From: Geosiphon pyriformis uo1
Lineage: Eukaryota; Fungi; Glomeromycota
Direction: 5' to 3'
Length of the DNA: 64,000 nucleotides
NCBI GenBank assembly: GCA_016748015.1
Contig: JAAOMT010000301.1
Location: forward strand, 1-64,000
Part shown: positions 62,701 to 64,000 of the stretch, one piece after another
Numbering within the stretch: the first letter of the stretch is position 1
How the letters are laid out: each line of letters opens with the position of its first letter
The notes under the pieces: generated by a model
Database searches by the model: none
Seen by the model: the letters and a program-made list of their open reading frames with translations, nothing else
What the model was told of the DNA's origin: nothing
Program-made: the position numbers and the translations under genes

Positions 62701-64000
62701 AAACCAAATAAACTTAAAAAACTTAGACCCATTTTAATACATGCAGCTCAAAATATTATTCAATAATTTCACTGACATCTTTGTAAATAAAAATAAGTTT
62801 GACAGAACTGATATAATCCAGCATTAAATCAAAACTAAAAGTGCTATGTTAATCAAACAATGAGCATATTGAGTACTACTAGCCAGTTATAAAATTATCT
62901 GACAAGAAATCAACAGAATATTGGACAATAGATTAATTTAACCATCAATAAGTTTATAGTTATTACCAGTAATACTAGTTTGGAAGAAGAATAAAAAGAT
63001 TCATTTTTGTGTAGATTACAGAAAACTCAACAGTATTATTTGTGAAAATAGCTATTCAACTCCATAAATCCAAAAATTATTTGATGCTTTTAAAGAAAAG
63101 AAATGGTTTTTTACATTAAATTTGGATAGTAGTTACTGACAAGTAGTCATGAATTCAACTGACAAAGGAAAAACAGTATTTACTACATAAGAAAAGAATT
63201 TTGAATTCAATGTTATACCATTTGGCTTAATAAATGCATCAGCAACTTTCCAATAGCTTATGAAAATTGTGTATACTAGATTACTAAAAAAATTAATAGT
63301 AATCTATTTGGATAACACCAATGTGTTTTCCAAAACATTTGATAATTATTTCTACTATCTTCAACAAGTGTTTAAAATATTAAGAAGAGCTGGATTAAAA
63401 CTAAATGCAAACAAGTGTTTTTTTGGCAAAACAAAACTGAAATTCTTGAAATATGTTGTAAATAAAGACAGCATCAAAACAGATCCAGACAAAATTGAGA
63501 TTGTCAAAAACTTTTCAGTATCAACAAATCTTACAGAATTAAAAACATTCTTGGAATTCATTGAATATTATTGCCATTTTATCCAAAACTTTTCTAAACT
63601 GGCTCAACTATTTCATCAGCTCCAAGCCAAGAATATAAAATATGAATGAATGGAAACCCAACAAAAGGCTTTTGATATTTTAAGAAGAAAGCTTATTTAA
63701 GCTCTAGTATTAATCTATTTGGATTATAGCAAGCCATTTATTATTATCACTAATGCATTAGGTCAAGCATTAAGAGCCATACTGTTTCAAAAAAGACCAA
63801 ATAGAAGAAAACACCTAGTAGTATATACCAGCCAAAGCCTAAATCTAGCTGAAAAGAACTATAGAACTCTAGCATTAGAACATTTGGCTATCTATTGGGC
63901 TGTTATCAAATAGAAAGAATACTTAAGTCAAAAATTTAATATAGACATTAATTACAAAGAATTGACATTAATTTAGAAACAAAAATTTGGAAATAATTGT
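56221..64000 (+). mobile_element. Highly decayed B-like element H (5' LTR 56221-57192, PBS 57195, gag-PR-Cys-dUTPase-RT-RH; runs off window)
   Basis: TGTTATTCAT start; TGGTGCTTCCTGTG; MAYVPIAKLKKFNG; LILNSGLADS; TRFDLRY; IYLDNTN; ITNALG. Confidence 0.85.
61853..62660 (+). repeat. Solo LTR of F type inserted in H pol
   Basis: TATTACTCATAG...CTGTAATA; TSD ACAA/ATGA; H reading frame resumes after it. Confidence 0.85.

Overview
Eukaryotic, AT-rich, repeat-dominated fungal DNA. A Glomeromycotina/Mucoromycota origin is my inference, from intron style and the retroelement protein types. About 90% of the window is a nest of decayed retroelements: an RNase H-bearing LINE, split by later insertions, and at least 7 Ty3/Gypsy-type LTR element copies plus 3 solo LTRs from about 4 related families (called A-H here). 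Most junctions resolve to the base, with 4-bp target-site duplications (TSDs). A small gene island at 48.5-51.5 kb holds two convergent intron-rich host genes: OPI3/PEM2-type phospholipid methyltransferase (+) and splicing factor RBM22/ECM2/Cwf5 (-). The most unusual signal is an architecture shared by the divergent LTR families: (i) integrase is a separate ORF with its own start codon after a G-poor, CAA-rich spacer; (ii) a conserved soluble ORF3 sits in the env position; (iii) Gag appears to start at a conserved GUG, followed by an AUG-depleted extension before a second AUG at the capsid domain; (iv) a Cys-rich domain and a dUTPase lie between PR and RT (family C has only a short Cys cluster, lacks dUTPase and uses a U_UUA_AAC -1 frameshift); (v) a frame-independent nucleotide motif precedes the PPT. 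TSD logic also shows that 1-27.5 kb is inverted relative to the rest (real inversion or mis-assembly). Coordinates were read by eye; identities are visual estimates.
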